64,000 bases of DNA from an uncultured virus (IMG/VR IMGVR_UViG_3300023283_000176) (IMGVR_UViG_3300023283_000176); one strand, 5' to 3'. Shown: positions 17,231-27,715, counted from the stretch's first letter. Made by a program: numbers and translations. Notes: generated from the sequence alone by a model not told the origin.

Positions 17231-17737
17231 ATGGATAGAACATATAAAGCACTACAAACAGCACAATCATATATAAAAGATTTGCTTGAATCTTTGGATG
17301 ATCAAATGGATTTGGAATCCATACCTGAATATATGGAAATCAAAGATGCTTTGGATTTTCAAGAGGGTTTCTTCCCTATCACATCCGTACACAGGGCCGA
17401 TCTCGAAGATCTTGGTTTTGATACCAGTAATGTAAGCGATCAAAGAATGGAACGCATCGCTGAGAAAATGGCAGATGATTATTGTAATCAGTTGTTTCAT
17501 ACATCATTAGAGATCATTGCTGATGACCAGGGTGTGCCACGGCAAAACAACTTCGATATTGACCAAGTAACAGACATCCTTAAATCTGATTTTCGACATT
17601 ATGAAAATAGAGGGAGAGAAATTACAGAAACTGATATTGTAAACATCGCTCACTTGATTGCGTATAGACGCAATATTGATTGTGCGGACCCAATCATCGA
17701 CGAAATAATAGACGAAGTGAGAAAATACTATAAATAA
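17231..17737 (+). CDS. Acidic hypothetical protein
   Basis: 168-aa ORF. Confidence 0.7.
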   Translation: MDRTYKALQTAQSYIKDLLESLDDQMDLESIPEYMEIKDALDFQEGFFPITSVHRADLEDLGFDTSNVSDQRMERIAEKMADDYCNQLFHTSLEIIADDQGVPRQNNFDIDQVTDILKSDFRHYENRGREITETDIVNIAHLIAYRRNIDCADPIIDEIIDEVRKYYK

Positions 17738-17769
17738 TTATTAAACCTCTAAACCTAAAATATAATACA

Positions 17770-19317
17770 ATGGCAAAAGTAAAAAATATCGACAATGGAG
17801 AAATTGTTGAACGTAAACTACAAACCGACTACGACGGTAAACTCTTTGTTAATTACAAAGGTAAACTCAAACACGTAACACGTATCTATGACCATGAACT
17901 GAATGATTATGTTATGTTGCTGAATCCCAATGATAAAACTGAATACCAAAAAAGGTATCAGAAAATCTTTAGCGGGGATTCTTATTTTAACATCACTCAT
18001 AGATGGGTACATCAAACACAATTAGAGGCGCGTGATGCTAATGAACGTTTATTCTTTGGACCCGACGAACCACATATACTCTACTCTTATGGGCACCACT
18101 TCCCACTTGGAATCAGATTAGATCTACCAAGATATGATACTCCGGTCATTTTGGTGAACACCAATCGGTATTCGCGTAATACGAATGAACAAAGACATAC
18201 TTTGTTAAAAGCAATACCAGATGATTGGACAGTGGTTAAGTGGGACATGGAAGAAACTGTGAGTTTCACTCGGTACGTCACTAATGCTGAGGGTAAACAT
18301 GATTTCAATGTGATCATCACTTGGTTCATTAATCAGATGAACAAACAACGTGAAAAAGGTATGCGTCGTGTCAAGGTCGATACGTTGGAAATAAGTCTGA
18401 ATAAATACAATACACTTAAAAAAGAAGCTCAAAAGTTCATTGAAGTTTTTCAGTGCAAATCGGTACTATTACAAAGTCAACTAAATGAAATCAACCGTGA
18501 TTTCTTTAGTAATTTTGCTGAGGCACGGGCAAAAATCGAACCATTGATCGAAAAACAAATTGAAACTCGAATGGAACGAGACCATATTCGAGCTAATGCT
18601 GTTAATCGGTACCTTGATCAGTTCATTAATGTATGGAAAGATTATGTTTTGGTCAATGAGCAGATTGAACAGATCAAAGATCCAAACCATCCTCGCACTA
18701 AAATGGATAAACTTAATTTAACTGTATATACAGATCTGCCAAGAGAGCAATTGAGTAGAATTGTAAAACGGAAATCGGGGAAAGATTTGCCCAGTCTTGA
18801 ATTTGTCCAAAATGAATTGGGTTTTTTACAAGAAACGGATATATTAACCTTACAGATGGCCAAAATATTGCATCAAAATGATGGACAAATGACCCTGAAT
18901 GCTCTCTGGAAAGTGTGTATTGAGGCCGGTTTGTTTTGTGGGTATGGTTTTTTAGATGGAATACATAAAAGAGTGAAACGTCTAAAAGAAATGGGTTTCG
19001 TTATTGATCCACCTACAACAAACGACACCTTAATTGCTTTTAATGGTGAGTATTTCAGAACAAGTCTAAATGTGACTCTAACCATTAAAGAAGTACGAGA
19101 AGCATTAGCTATTTACAAACGCTACGCAAGTGACGCTATTGCAAAAGCCATTGAAAAAGGTAACTATAAAGACTTTGTGAATATCAATGGGCGGTTGAAC
19201 CTTGCTAATTATTCATCGGTTCCAGCCGTCGATCCCAAAGGTAGGTTCAAGTTTGGATGTCACATAATCCCAAAAACAGAAATCGAATACGTAATCCAAA
19301 AATTAAACGAGGTATAA
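17770..19317 (+). CDS. Hypothetical early protein
   Basis: 515-aa ORF; YSYGHHFP and GCHII motifs; preceded by the upstream motif. Confidence 0.8.
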   Translation: MAKVKNIDNGEIVERKLQTDYDGKLFVNYKGKLKHVTRIYDHELNDYVMLLNPNDKTEYQKRYQKIFSGDSYFNITHRWVHQTQLEARDANERLFFGPDEPHILYSYGHHFPLGIRLDLPRYDTPVILVNTNRYSRNTNEQRHTLLKAIPDDWTVVKWDMEETVSFTRYVTNAEGKHDFNVIITWFINQMNKQREKGMRRVKVDTLEISLNKYNTLKKEAQKFIEVFQCKSVLLQSQLNEINRDFFSNFAEARAKIEPLIEKQIETRMERDHIRANAVNRYLDQFINVWKDYVLVNEQIEQIKDPNHPRTKMDKLNLTVYTDLPREQLSRIVKRKSGKDLPSLEFVQNELGFLQETDILTLQMAKILHQNDGQMTLNALWKVCIEAGLFCGYGFLDGIHKRVKRLKEMGFVIDPPTTNDTLIAFNGEYFRTSLNVTLTIKEVREALAIYKRYASDAIAKAIEKGNYKDFVNINGRLNLANYSSVPAVDPKGRFKFGCHIIPKTEIEYVIQKLNEV

Positions 19318-19318
19318 T

Positions 19319-19501
19319 ATGAACATTAAAGAAATTTTAATCGGTGCAGGAATAATAGTATTAGCTATATTTTTGACTGGTGTTTTAGTCAAAACGTTAA
19401 ATCTTGACCCAACAGTGTCAGCACTAATTGTCCTTGGACTCACCTACAGAGGTGGGTTCCAAAGACATCAATCTATCACACAAAACGAGGTAACACAATG
19501 A
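19319..19501 (+). CDS. Small membrane protein
   Basis: Two hydrophobic segments. Confidence 0.55.
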   Translation: MNIKEILIGAGIIVLAIFLTGVLVKTLNLDPTVSALIVLGLTYRGGFQRHQSITQNEVTQ

Positions 19502-19821
19502 ATTTCAACGTAGAGAAAAAAGACAGCGGTGCATACGAAATCAGCACTGTGATTCACAAACGAAGGCTCTCGAAGGTATATATGGGCTATTCAAAAAAAG
19601 AAGCCATAAACGGTTTCAAAAAAGAAATAACAGAAAAATACGCAAAGGACATCGAACATTACCTATATAATGGACTCGGAGAATTAAGGAATGCTATTAT
19701 ATTAGCTGACCATATCGAATATGGTCCTGAGTCAGACAGAGATAATTTAGCCCAGATGTTTGACGACATTGAATACAACTTTGAACAATTAAAACGTGAG
19801 GCAAATAATGAAATGACTTGA
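19498..19821 (+). CDS. Hypothetical protein
   Basis: ORF in operon. Confidence 0.65.
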   Translation: MNFNVEKKDSGAYEISTVIHKRRLSKVYMGYSKKEAINGFKKEITEKYAKDIEHYLYNGLGELRNAIILADHIEYGPESDRDNLAQMFDDIEYNFEQLKREANNEMT

Positions 19822-19852
19822 TTTTCTAATATATTTTACATACTTTCAAATT
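19817..19852 (+). promoter_or_regulatory. Promoter copy A
   Basis: TTGATT-17-TACTTT; near-identical to 29782-29817. Confidence 0.65.
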
Positions 19853-19873
19853 TAACCTCTAAACCCAAATAAT

Positions 19874-20038
19874 ATGTCAATTGAAAAAATCGCATCCCAC
19901 AGAATACGTCATAATATTAACGAAGTTAACGAATTTCTTCGTGAACAAAACACGTTAAAGTGGGATTTTAAACACGCTTTAAAAGCACACCGTGGAGAGT
20001 TAAAACAAGAACTCAATAGACGTAATGATGAACAATAA
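19874..20038 (+). CDS. 54-aa hypothetical protein
   Basis: Hand translation MSIEKIASHRIRH...; follows the upstream motif. Confidence 0.55.
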   Translation: MSIEKIASHRIRHNINEVNEFLREQNTLKWDFKHALKAHRGELKQELNRRNDEQ

Positions 20039-20414
20039 ACAAAAAAACGAACTGTTAAAATTAGCAGATGAACTTGAATCAGGTGATATCGAATTCGATG
20101 AATTCAGGTTTGATCGTTTTACAGGCGTACTTAAATGTGGAACTGTGGGGTGTGCACTTGGTCACTTCGCCGTACGTCATCCGGAATGGGAGATTGATGA
20201 AAAAGGTGTGCCTTATTATACATCAATAAATGGCGTTGGTCCAATTGGGGACGCATCCAAATATTTTAGTCTGCCATACGAATTGGCAGAATTAATGTTC
20301 GTCCCCGAAGTAGGACAAAAAAGTATCATCGAACCATTGCCCGCCGATGCTACACCTGGGCAAGCGGCAAGGCAGATAAGAACCGTAATAGACCACTATG
20401 AAAATAACTATTAA
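20025..20414 (+). CDS. Hypothetical phage protein
   Basis: CGTVGCALGH motif. Confidence 0.7.
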   Translation: MMNNKQKNELLKLADELESGDIEFDEFRFDRFTGVLKCGTVGCALGHFAVRHPEWEIDEKGVPYYTSINGVGPIGDASKYFSLPYELAELMFVPEVGQKSIIEPLPADATPGQAARQIRTVIDHYENNY

Positions 20415-20706
20415 AATTAACGACTATATGATCACCAATATTTTGCTTGCCGCATTGGTAAGTGAATCATTGATGACATCCAAAGAAGCGCATGAACACA
20501 AAAATGCAGACATTCATACATTGCTCACTAATAACGAAGTGCGGTTAATTGAAAAAAACCTGAAAGATGTCGAAATTGCCGATCAACAATTTTGGTTGTC
20601 TGTTCATTCGATAGTGGATAAAGTTTTGATTGAGTCATTAGACTTTGATAAAATTTATTCACGAATAAAAATAAATCAAACAAAAGGTCTCAGATTAGTC
20701 AAGTAG
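20398..20706 (+). CDS. Hypothetical protein
   Basis: ORF in operon. Confidence 0.6.
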   Translation: MKITIKINDYMITNILLAALVSESLMTSKEAHEHKNADIHTLLTNNEVRLIEKNLKDVEIADQQFWLSVHSIVDKVLIESLDFDKIYSRIKINQTKGLRLVK

Positions 20707-20773
20707 TTATCAAGGAATATTTTGGCTGTCTGATACATACCCTTTATTTTAATCACAATCAAACACACACAAC

Positions 20774-21088
20774 ATGAAAGCAATAATCAATAACAAAAGA
20801 TACGACACTGAAACTTCAACACATATAGCCAGTTTTCATAATGGTTTAAGTAGATCTGATTTCAACCATATAACTGAAAATTTATATCGGACACAAAAAG
20901 GAAATTGGTTCTTAGTTGCTGATGGTGGTGCTAATACCAAATATTCTGTTCCGGCAGGAAATATGTGGTCTGGTGTTTCTGATCAATTTGTGGCTCTCAC
21001 CCATGAAGAAGCATTACAATGGCTGGAAAAACATGAAGAAGTAGGTGTCATTGAAAAATATTTCAGTGATCAAATTGAAGATGCTTAA
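20774..21088 (+). CDS. Hypothetical phage protein
   Basis: IINNKRYDTETS...LYRTQKGNWFL. Confidence 0.75.
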   Translation: MKAIINNKRYDTETSTHIASFHNGLSRSDFNHITENLYRTQKGNWFLVADGGANTKYSVPAGNMWSGVSDQFVALTHEEALQWLEKHEEVGVIEKYFSDQIEDA

Positions 21089-21148
21089 ATGAAATACACC
21101 CCCCCCCATCTATACTGGTGGGGGGAAACCTCTAAACCCCAAAACAAT

Positions 21149-21358
21149 ATGTCATCACAATACAGAAAATCCAGGCGTCGTATTTTGGAAGAATTTGAAC
21201 GACTGTCTGACGAAGAACAAGAAGCAATTCTAAATTCCCCCGATGGTCGAATGCCCGAAGAAGATGCAGAAGATTTTTGCGACAGGGTAAACACCAAACG
21301 TGTGGTAAATCAAACCATTGATCGCTACCATCGAGCAGTAGAACAAGGTATGGTATGA
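21149..21358 (+). CDS. Hypothetical protein (start reassigned)
   Basis: ATG 21149 follows a hairpin plus the upstream motif. Confidence 0.6.
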   Translation: MSSQYRKSRRRILEEFERLSDEEQEAILNSPDGRMPEEDAEDFCDRVNTKRVVNQTIDRYHRAVEQGMV

Positions 21359-21636
21359 TTACCCGTAAAGATCTATTACAGGACATCAGGAACTATCACG
21401 AAATGTTTAACAGAAATTATTGGATGCTCGAAGTTAAACGTCTCGCTGATCAGAGAATAGACACACAATTACGTAATGATGTTTTGACTGCATATCGGGG
21501 TCTGACTAAATGTGTTTCAGAATATCGTAAACGTTTCTTGGGTCATACCAATGATTCAGACGTCAATGAATACATAGAAACACTCGAACATGCATTAGAA
21601 CAAGAACCCCCACAAATATTAACCGAAGAAATATGA
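21355..21636 (+). CDS. Hypothetical protein
   Basis: ATGA-coupled ORF. Confidence 0.6.
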   Translation: MITRKDLLQDIRNYHEMFNRNYWMLEVKRLADQRIDTQLRNDVLTAYRGLTKCVSEYRKRFLGHTNDSDVNEYIETLEHALEQEPPQILTEEI

Positions 21637-22115
21637 GTGTATATAACAACATGGACACAGCAATTGAGGGGTTGAATAATCTATTAGACATGGATTATGA
21701 AACCTTATCAGAACGAGAAGAATTTGACAATATCGAATTCCTTATAAAGGTCGCCGAGACAATAGCCATAGATTATGAGTCATCTGAATTTTATGATCCG
21801 GCTAAATTACATATCATTGGTAAACATCTTGAAGAATTCGGCAAAACTTTAAAAGACGCCAGTAAAGAAGATTTGATTGATGAATTGTTGCTCATGCAAG
21901 AAAATGAGGACGATAAATCGTTTGAAATCTGTGGACAGACTCTTACCCTCACGAACCGTCCCAAATATACATATCCAGACGATGAGCGTCTAACACTTTT
22001 GGAACGTCAGAAAAAATCAACTGCTGGTGCTCTTAAAAATTACAAGAATAAATTACGCAAAAATGGAGAAGTGAGTGCAATTAACAATTTTTCTGTCTCC
22101 ATTTCAAAATCCTAA
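21633..22115 (+). CDS. Hypothetical protein
   Basis: ATGA-coupled ORF before ERF. Confidence 0.65.
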   Translation: MSVYNNMDTAIEGLNNLLDMDYETLSEREEFDNIEFLIKVAETIAIDYESSEFYDPAKLHIIGKHLEEFGKTLKDASKEDLIDELLLMQENEDDKSFEICGQTLTLTNRPKYTYPDDERLTLLERQKKSTAGALKNYKNKLRKNGEVSAINNFSVSISKS

Positions 22116-22137
22116 CCTCTAAACCCCAATATATATA

Positions 22138-23013
22138 ATGTCGAAGAAAACATTTGAACAGAAAATTATTGATATCCAAAATAAAATCAATGTACCCAAA
22201 TCTCATTTCAATAGTTTTGGTGGATACCATTTTCGTAATTGCGAAGATATCCTGACAGCAGTGAAACCCCATCTTGCTGAATATGATCTATTACAAACCA
22301 TTAGTGATAAAATCATGGTTGTAGGAGAGGGCGAACAGCAACGTGTCTACATCAAAGCAACGGTAGAAGTTACTGATGGTGACAAATCAAAAGTGGTCAC
22401 AGGCTTTGCCAGAGAGGAAGATTCAAAGAAAGGTATGGACGATGCCCAGGTTAGTGGTTCTACGTCCAGCTATGCCCGTAAATATGCCCTTAATGGAATG
22501 TGGTTGATTGATGATGTAAAAGATCCTGATACGGAAGAACTAACAAAAGAACGTCAGAAAAAATCAACTAAGAAAACTAAGAAAAAGAGCACCAAAAAAT
22601 CTGTTAAAAAAACAGATACGGACGACGGTAGTTCTAAAAAGAAATCTACCAAGAAAAAAAGTGCTGAGAAACCTGGGCCATCCAAGAAAAAATCTATAAA
22701 AAAGGATGAGGCTCCATCCAAAAAAAAGACCACAAAGAAATCTGGTGGTTCAAAGAAAAAAGCCACCAAAACCACAAAGAAGAAATCTACCAAGAAGAAA
22801 AGTGCTAAGAAAACAACTAAAAAAGAACCCAAAAATAATGGTTCAGTAGATGTAGACATGGATGATGCTGTCGTAGAAGAATTAATGACCTCAGAAAGTG
22901 CATCAGAAGTGACACAGAAGTTGTTATCTATGCGCAATGAGGCCGACAACGCCCCTGCTTTCATGAAGAAGTACATGGCCATAGCAAACGAGATCATCGA
23001 ACAATTTGAATAA
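22138..23013 (+). CDS. erf: ERF-family single-strand annealing protein with a Lys-rich insert
   Basis: NSFGGYHFRNCEDIL, KKGMDDAQVSGSTSSYARKYALNG. Confidence 0.9.
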   Translation: MSKKTFEQKIIDIQNKINVPKSHFNSFGGYHFRNCEDILTAVKPHLAEYDLLQTISDKIMVVGEGEQQRVYIKATVEVTDGDKSKVVTGFAREEDSKKGMDDAQVSGSTSSYARKYALNGMWLIDDVKDPDTEELTKERQKKSTKKTKKKSTKKSVKKTDTDDGSSKKKSTKKKSAEKPGPSKKKSIKKDEAPSKKKTTKKSGGSKKKATKTTKKKSTKKKSAKKTTKKEPKNNGSVDVDMDDAVVEELMTSESASEVTQKLLSMRNEADNAPAFMKKYMAIANEIIEQFE

Positions 23014-23063
23014 ACCTCTAAACCCCAATGGGGGGAGCACCCCCCCCTTAAATTTTATACAAT

Positions 23064-23408
23064 ATGTTAAAAGAACTATCATACGAAGAACTCATTGAAA
23101 GAAAAGAAACCCTCTTAATGGAAGCGGATGATATTGAGCACCAGCTTGATATGGCGTCTGCATTGCAGAAAAAAGAGGGAGAATATTCTGATCCTGAATG
23201 GTACGCTAAGGCTAAATATGCTCGTAAGTGTCGTCTCAGAGAAGTAGAAAGAATAAATCGACGATTGTCTAAATTGGATGTTTTAACCCCCCTTGTTGAA
23301 GAATTGGATGCTTTTTTAACCCAAATTGAAAAAGATCCACGCATCACACCTGAACAACAAGAAAAATTAAATGAAACTAAATCTAATTTAGAAAAGATAA
23401 ACCTCTAA
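23064..23408 (+). CDS. Hypothetical protein
   Basis: 114-aa helical ORF. Confidence 0.65.
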   Translation: MLKELSYEELIERKETLLMEADDIEHQLDMASALQKKEGEYSDPEWYAKAKYARKCRLREVERINRRLSKLDVLTPLVEELDAFLTQIEKDPRITPEQQEKLNETKSNLEKINL

Positions 23409-23415
23409 ACTCCCT

Positions 23416-24075
23416 GTGCTTAAAATATTAGTGGCTTGTGAAGAAAGCCAGACGATAACTAAGAAAGTTAGAGAAATCGGCGGTGAGGCGTTTTCTTGTG
23501 ATGTAGAACCATGTAGTGGCGGACATCCTGAATGGCACATTCAAGATGATGTTGTCAAAGTGTTGGATGGTGGGTGGGATGTTATGATCGCCCATCCACC
23601 CTGCACTTATTTAACTGTGACCGGAAATGCATGGTACTACCATCCTGATGACTCTCACTTACCAACTGATAAACGGAGACCACATCCTCGGTTTCCCAAC
23701 AGACAGAAAAAGAAACAAAAAGCTATAAATTTTTTCATGGGTTTAGCGAAAGCTCCTATTGATAAAATAGCGATAGAAAACCCGGTAGGTGTGATGAGTA
23801 CCGAATGGCGAAAGCCCGATCAGATCATACAGCCATATCATTTTGGCGATCCGCACTCAAAGAGAACTTGTTTGTGGCTCAAAAATTTGCCAAAGTTACG
23901 TGCAACAAAAATAGTTAAACCTGAATTTGTAACGTATAAAAGTGGCAAAAAACACCCAAAATGGGTTGCTGATACAATTGATCTACCACCCAAAGAAAGA
24001 AATAAAGTACGTAGCAAAACCTTTAATGGTATTGCCAATGCAATTGTTAACCAATGGATAAAACCTTTATTATGA
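23416..24075 (+). CDS. Phage DNA cytosine methyltransferase-like protein
   Basis: LVACEESQ, IAHPPCTYL (PC catalytic), IENPVG, RSKTF. Confidence 0.85.
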   Translation: MLKILVACEESQTITKKVREIGGEAFSCDVEPCSGGHPEWHIQDDVVKVLDGGWDVMIAHPPCTYLTVTGNAWYYHPDDSHLPTDKRRPHPRFPNRQKKKQKAINFFMGLAKAPIDKIAIENPVGVMSTEWRKPDQIIQPYHFGDPHSKRTCLWLKNLPKLRATKIVKPEFVTYKSGKKHPKWVADTIDLPPKERNKVRSKTFNGIANAIVNQWIKPLL

Positions 24076-24359
24076 TTACACAAATATTTCCAGACATGAA
24101 ACAAGGAGCACAACTTACTTATCAAGGCTCAATGGGTCAACAAAAAATGACCCTGTACCATCACGATAAAAAGAATTTAATAGTCATAGAGTTGTCCCGA
24201 CCTTTTAGAGAAACTGACAACTATAATTGTATCGAAAATGATTTTTTACAGTGTACTATTAAAGATGGGGAGTTTCATGTAAGAATCATGTTCGCTTTCA
24301 GCGGAGCAGTGATGTTAGGTAAGCTGTTATTTTATACCGCAGAAACGATATACAATTAA
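24054..24359 (+). CDS. Hypothetical protein
   Basis: ORF in operon; the start may be 24072. Confidence 0.55.
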   Translation: MDKTFIMITQIFPDMKQGAQLTYQGSMGQQKMTLYHHDKKNLIVIELSRPFRETDNYNCIENDFLQCTIKDGEFHVRIMFAFSGAVMLGKLLFYTAETIYN

Positions 24360-24871
24360 TCATCCACAATTTCAGCGTCCTCAATGTTGTTCTTTTCAAG
24401 CAATTTGACCAATTTTTTTAGTCCACCGCCCTCTCCAACAAAGAAATTATTTTGTTGGTTTTTGGGTATGGATTTAGATCCTTCTTTCTGCCACCCATCT
24501 GCTTCCAGAGCACGTAATTCGCTGGCACGAATCTTCGAATTACCTTTGGCTTCTTCAAAATGGATAAAATGTAAAGATTCAGAATACAAAGACTTAATTG
24601 TCTCTAAAACAGAAACAAAATTTTTATCTTCTTTTGTCCATTTATAATATGTGCCTGTAGAAATGCCTGCACGTATAGCCGGTTGCAATTTTTTTGGAAA
24701 AGATTCCAGAAATTCAATAATGTAAAGTTGTTGGTCAGATGAAAGATCGTCCCAACCATCAATCATGTCCAATTGGATAATGTCTCCATCTGGAAAACGT
24801 TGTTTAATTGCGCTGGATTTGGGAAGAAACTTTTCGACTTTGTTCGACATAACATTTAATTTAATTGACAA
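24356..24871 (-). CDS. Terminase small subunit-like HTH protein
   Basis: AIRAGISTGTYYKWTKEDKNF HTH; C-terminal QQNNFF...IEDAEIVD. Confidence 0.5.
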   Translation of the reverse strand: MSIKLNVMSNKVEKFLPKSSAIKQRFPDGDIIQLDMIDGWDDLSSDQQLYIIEFLESFPKKLQPAIRAGISTGTYYKWTKEDKNFVSVLETIKSLYSESLHFIHFEEAKGNSKIRASELRALEADGWQKEGSKSIPKNQQNNFFVGEGGGLKKLVKLLEKNNIEDAEIVDD

Positions 24872-24902
24872 TCACATACAAAGATAAAAACAAAAACACA
24901 AT

Positions 24903-25523
24903 ATGAATAAAAAAACCTCGACAACACGAAATAAAAAAGACCCTTTTAAGGGCGTACGTGACCCACACAACACTTTGGGAATGGAAAAAGAAGAATATGA
25001 AAAATATAAAGCAGATCTAATTCAAGAATATGCGGATAATCCAAAACTTTCCATGAATTATATGGTTAACCGTGAACAAGAAAAAGGAATAAAACTATAT
25101 TATTCTCGTTTTCAACGTTGGTTGCGTGCCGCAGAAGATGTTGAAGTTCGTGGCCGTTCTCAAGCACGTAAAGAAATTGGAGAAGAACGTGGGATGTCTT
25201 ATGGAATGTACGTTCGTATGGACCAAATTGAAGATTTAAAAAAGTTTGAAAACCAAAGCGCTTTAGTTCGAATGGGACTCGATTTGGTTTTAGGAAATCG
25301 GACCCCAAATTGCATTCTGTTCCTGGGTGAAGGTAAAAATGTAATTTTCATAGACAATCAGAAAAAGGAAAGAGTTGAAGCCTATGTGGTTGGCGATCTA
25401 ACTAAAATGGAAAAGAAAGTAGTGCAAACATTAATCAATAAAGCAAATGAATACGGAACAGAATATATTGCGAAGTTCGCAATTGAAAATGAATTAAAAT
25501 ATTACGGTGCCAATGAAAATTAA
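24903..25523 (+). CDS. Hypothetical protein
   Basis: 206-aa ORF divergent from the terS-like gene. Confidence 0.7.
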   Translation: MNKKTSTTRNKKDPFKGVRDPHNTLGMEKEEYEKYKADLIQEYADNPKLSMNYMVNREQEKGIKLYYSRFQRWLRAAEDVEVRGRSQARKEIGEERGMSYGMYVRMDQIEDLKKFENQSALVRMGLDLVLGNRTPNCILFLGEGKNVIFIDNQKKERVEAYVVGDLTKMEKKVVQTLINKANEYGTEYIAKFAIENELKYYGANEN

Positions 25524-25977
25524 TAAAAGCAACATACACAGTAAACAAGTATTACCAAGTGATGAATATTCGTTCACTATCACACAAGCATATTTCCATG
25601 AAAGAGTTGATTTTCCGTTATTAGTTTTGTGTCACACTGTTGACACTGGTGAATTTGCATATCAACACGCTTTAGCTAAATTCAATCTCACTATAGGTTC
25701 TGGTCAAGCACGATTGAAAAGATTCTCCGATAACATTGGGTTCTGTTGGTTTGTAGATGAAACAACAGATCCCCTTTTCACAGAACAGTTTATTGCTTTG
25801 CGTGGTGTTATGAAAGTAGAGCAATACATGAATCGACAAAAGAAAACCATTGAAACCAAAATCATTGAATGGTCTCCTGCTGTCGGTGATCCTGAGTATA
25901 ATGTCACAAAAGACAAGGACACAGAAGTATTTAAAACCTCAAAACAAAAAGGTAAACCCAAACTACCAATACAATGA
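25513..25977 (+). CDS. Hypothetical protein (possible OB-fold)
   Basis: VLPSDEYSFTITQA beta-rich pattern. Confidence 0.55.
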   Translation: MKINKSNIHSKQVLPSDEYSFTITQAYFHERVDFPLLVLCHTVDTGEFAYQHALAKFNLTIGSGQARLKRFSDNIGFCWFVDETTDPLFTEQFIALRGVMKVEQYMNRQKKTIETKIIEWSPAVGDPEYNVTKDKDTEVFKTSKQKGKPKLPIQ

Positions 25978-26352
25978 TTAGACGAGAAATAAAAAAAAGG
26001 CCCCAAAACGACAATAGAGAACTTTAATTTTTTCCATGATTATGAAAATACTCGAAGATGGGTACTTCACAATTGTCCAGAAGTTTTAGACTCACTTGAT
26101 GAAGCTTATAAAAAGTGGGTGGTTATGATTGGGTCTATGAGAATTCTGATTAACACAACCAATTGTGGATATCTTCCACATAAAAGAGAAAAAATGTAAT
26201 TAAAGCCAGAGTTATTGAAGTAGATAAAAACAAAGCTAACTCAATTAAAGTTCTTCGCGTCAGAAATGTTTACTAAATTTCTGACAGAAAATTAACAAAA
26301 ATTTCCACAGGTCTAACCGCCTGTGGTTTGAACCTCTAAACCCCAACATATT

Positions 26353-26700
26353 ATGTCTGACAACATTTCCTCATTGAAAACGTATTTGGTTTTTACTGCC
26401 ATCATTGGAACTATTACCATGTTTCTAATTGGTCTATTTGCTCATCAAGAAAAAATGAAACTAATGGAGAAAGAGCGTAAACAAGAGTTTCAAAAATTGT
26501 TCCAACGACACACAGTAATTATACGACCTGATGATCTCATGTATATTTTCCATCGTGACTTATCACGTAAATATGGTGTTGATTTTAAACAACTGATCAT
26601 CACCCAGGAAGGGGATTATCTTCTTAAAACCAACAACAAGAATTACAAGTTTCGTACAGCAACAGAACTTGTTCAACACATTAACTCTAAATCCCAATAA
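26353..26700 (+). CDS. Membrane-anchored hypothetical protein
   Basis: N-terminal TM helix; upstream motif. Confidence 0.65.
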   Translation: MSDNISSLKTYLVFTAIIGTITMFLIGLFAHQEKMKLMEKERKQEFQKLFQRHTVIIRPDDLMYIFHRDLSRKYGVDFKQLIITQEGDYLLKTNNKNYKFRTATELVQHINSKSQ

Positions 26701-26701
26701 A

Positions 26702-26929
26702 ATGATTTTGAAAGACATTATATACGGAAATGATTTATTGGATTACATTCAATTTCATTTCACAGAGACTAAGCCCAACCAAATAAGCGTCTTAAAAGAT
26801 GTGGACCCAAAGACTTTTAACCATATCTATGTCTTGGCAGACGAATTGGGTCTTGGTGTTAAAAAGAATGCAGTGACTTTAGAAATACTCCACAACTATG
26901 GATACTTAATTTTAATCAAAAAAATATGA
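26702..26929 (+). CDS. Hypothetical protein
   Basis: ATG 26702 after a motif variant. Confidence 0.55.
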   Translation: MILKDIIYGNDLLDYIQFHFTETKPNQISVLKDVDPKTFNHIYVLADELGLGVKKNAVTLEILHNYGYLILIKKI

Positions 26930-27240
26930 AACAGATAGATAAATTTGAATACAAAAGGCCCGACCAAATCGTAGAGGTTTGGGAAAGGGAAGAAGGTAAA
27001 AGGTTTTTTGTGTACCGTTACCGTGGTTCACAAATGGCCGTTTTTCTGGCAGAAAATTCAGATCGTTTTGTTCGTTACGCAGATTCGATTTTATATCCGG
27101 AAACAGAACCATTATTTGAAATAACTATTGACCATCCTGATGTGCAAGCTGTGGATACAATGTCCAGACAAGGTACAATGTTTCACATGGTGATGGAATT
27201 TATAGTAAATTATGAATCAATAGATGTTGTAGAGTTATGA
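26926..27240 (+). CDS. Hypothetical protein
   Basis: ATGA-coupled ORF. Confidence 0.6.
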   Translation: MKQIDKFEYKRPDQIVEVWEREEGKRFFVYRYRGSQMAVFLAENSDRFVRYADSILYPETEPLFEITIDHPDVQAVDTMSRQGTMFHMVMEFIVNYESIDVVEL

Positions 27241-27299
27241 AATTATCAGATGATCAAAAAAACGAATTAGATAAAGCTATAGAATTAATGGTGAGTTAA

Positions 27300-27623
27300 A
27301 TGAATTGGATTGATGAAGTCGACGATATGTTGGCTCAAATAGAAGGCACAGTTAAAGGCAATGAGGGCGACACAATTACTAAAGTACGTGGGATCATCAG
27401 TGCTCATCGCAAAGAAAAAAACAACATTACTGAATTACGATCATTTTGTGAAGAACATCGTGTAGAAGTACTGTTGCAAGATGATATGCTTTTTCATTGC
27501 TTTATTGATTTTGAAGAAGGACATGGTTCGTGGAGTGTGATGGATAACCCATTGGATTCTATGATATACGGAATGCAACAATTTAAATTTTTTAAAAAAA
27601 GAGAACATAATGAAAACGTATAA
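27300..27623 (+). CDS. Hypothetical protein
   Basis: 107-aa ORF. Confidence 0.6.
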   Translation: MNWIDEVDDMLAQIEGTVKGNEGDTITKVRGIISAHRKEKNNITELRSFCEEHRVEVLLQDDMLFHCFIDFEEGHGSWSVMDNPLDSMIYGMQQFKFFKKREHNENV

Positions 27624-27715
27624 AGTAATCAACAAAGCACACCCATCCTTTCCACATGAAATTGGGAAGGTTTTTTGGAAAGAATTAGACAACCTTTAAC
27701 CTCTAAACCCCTACA

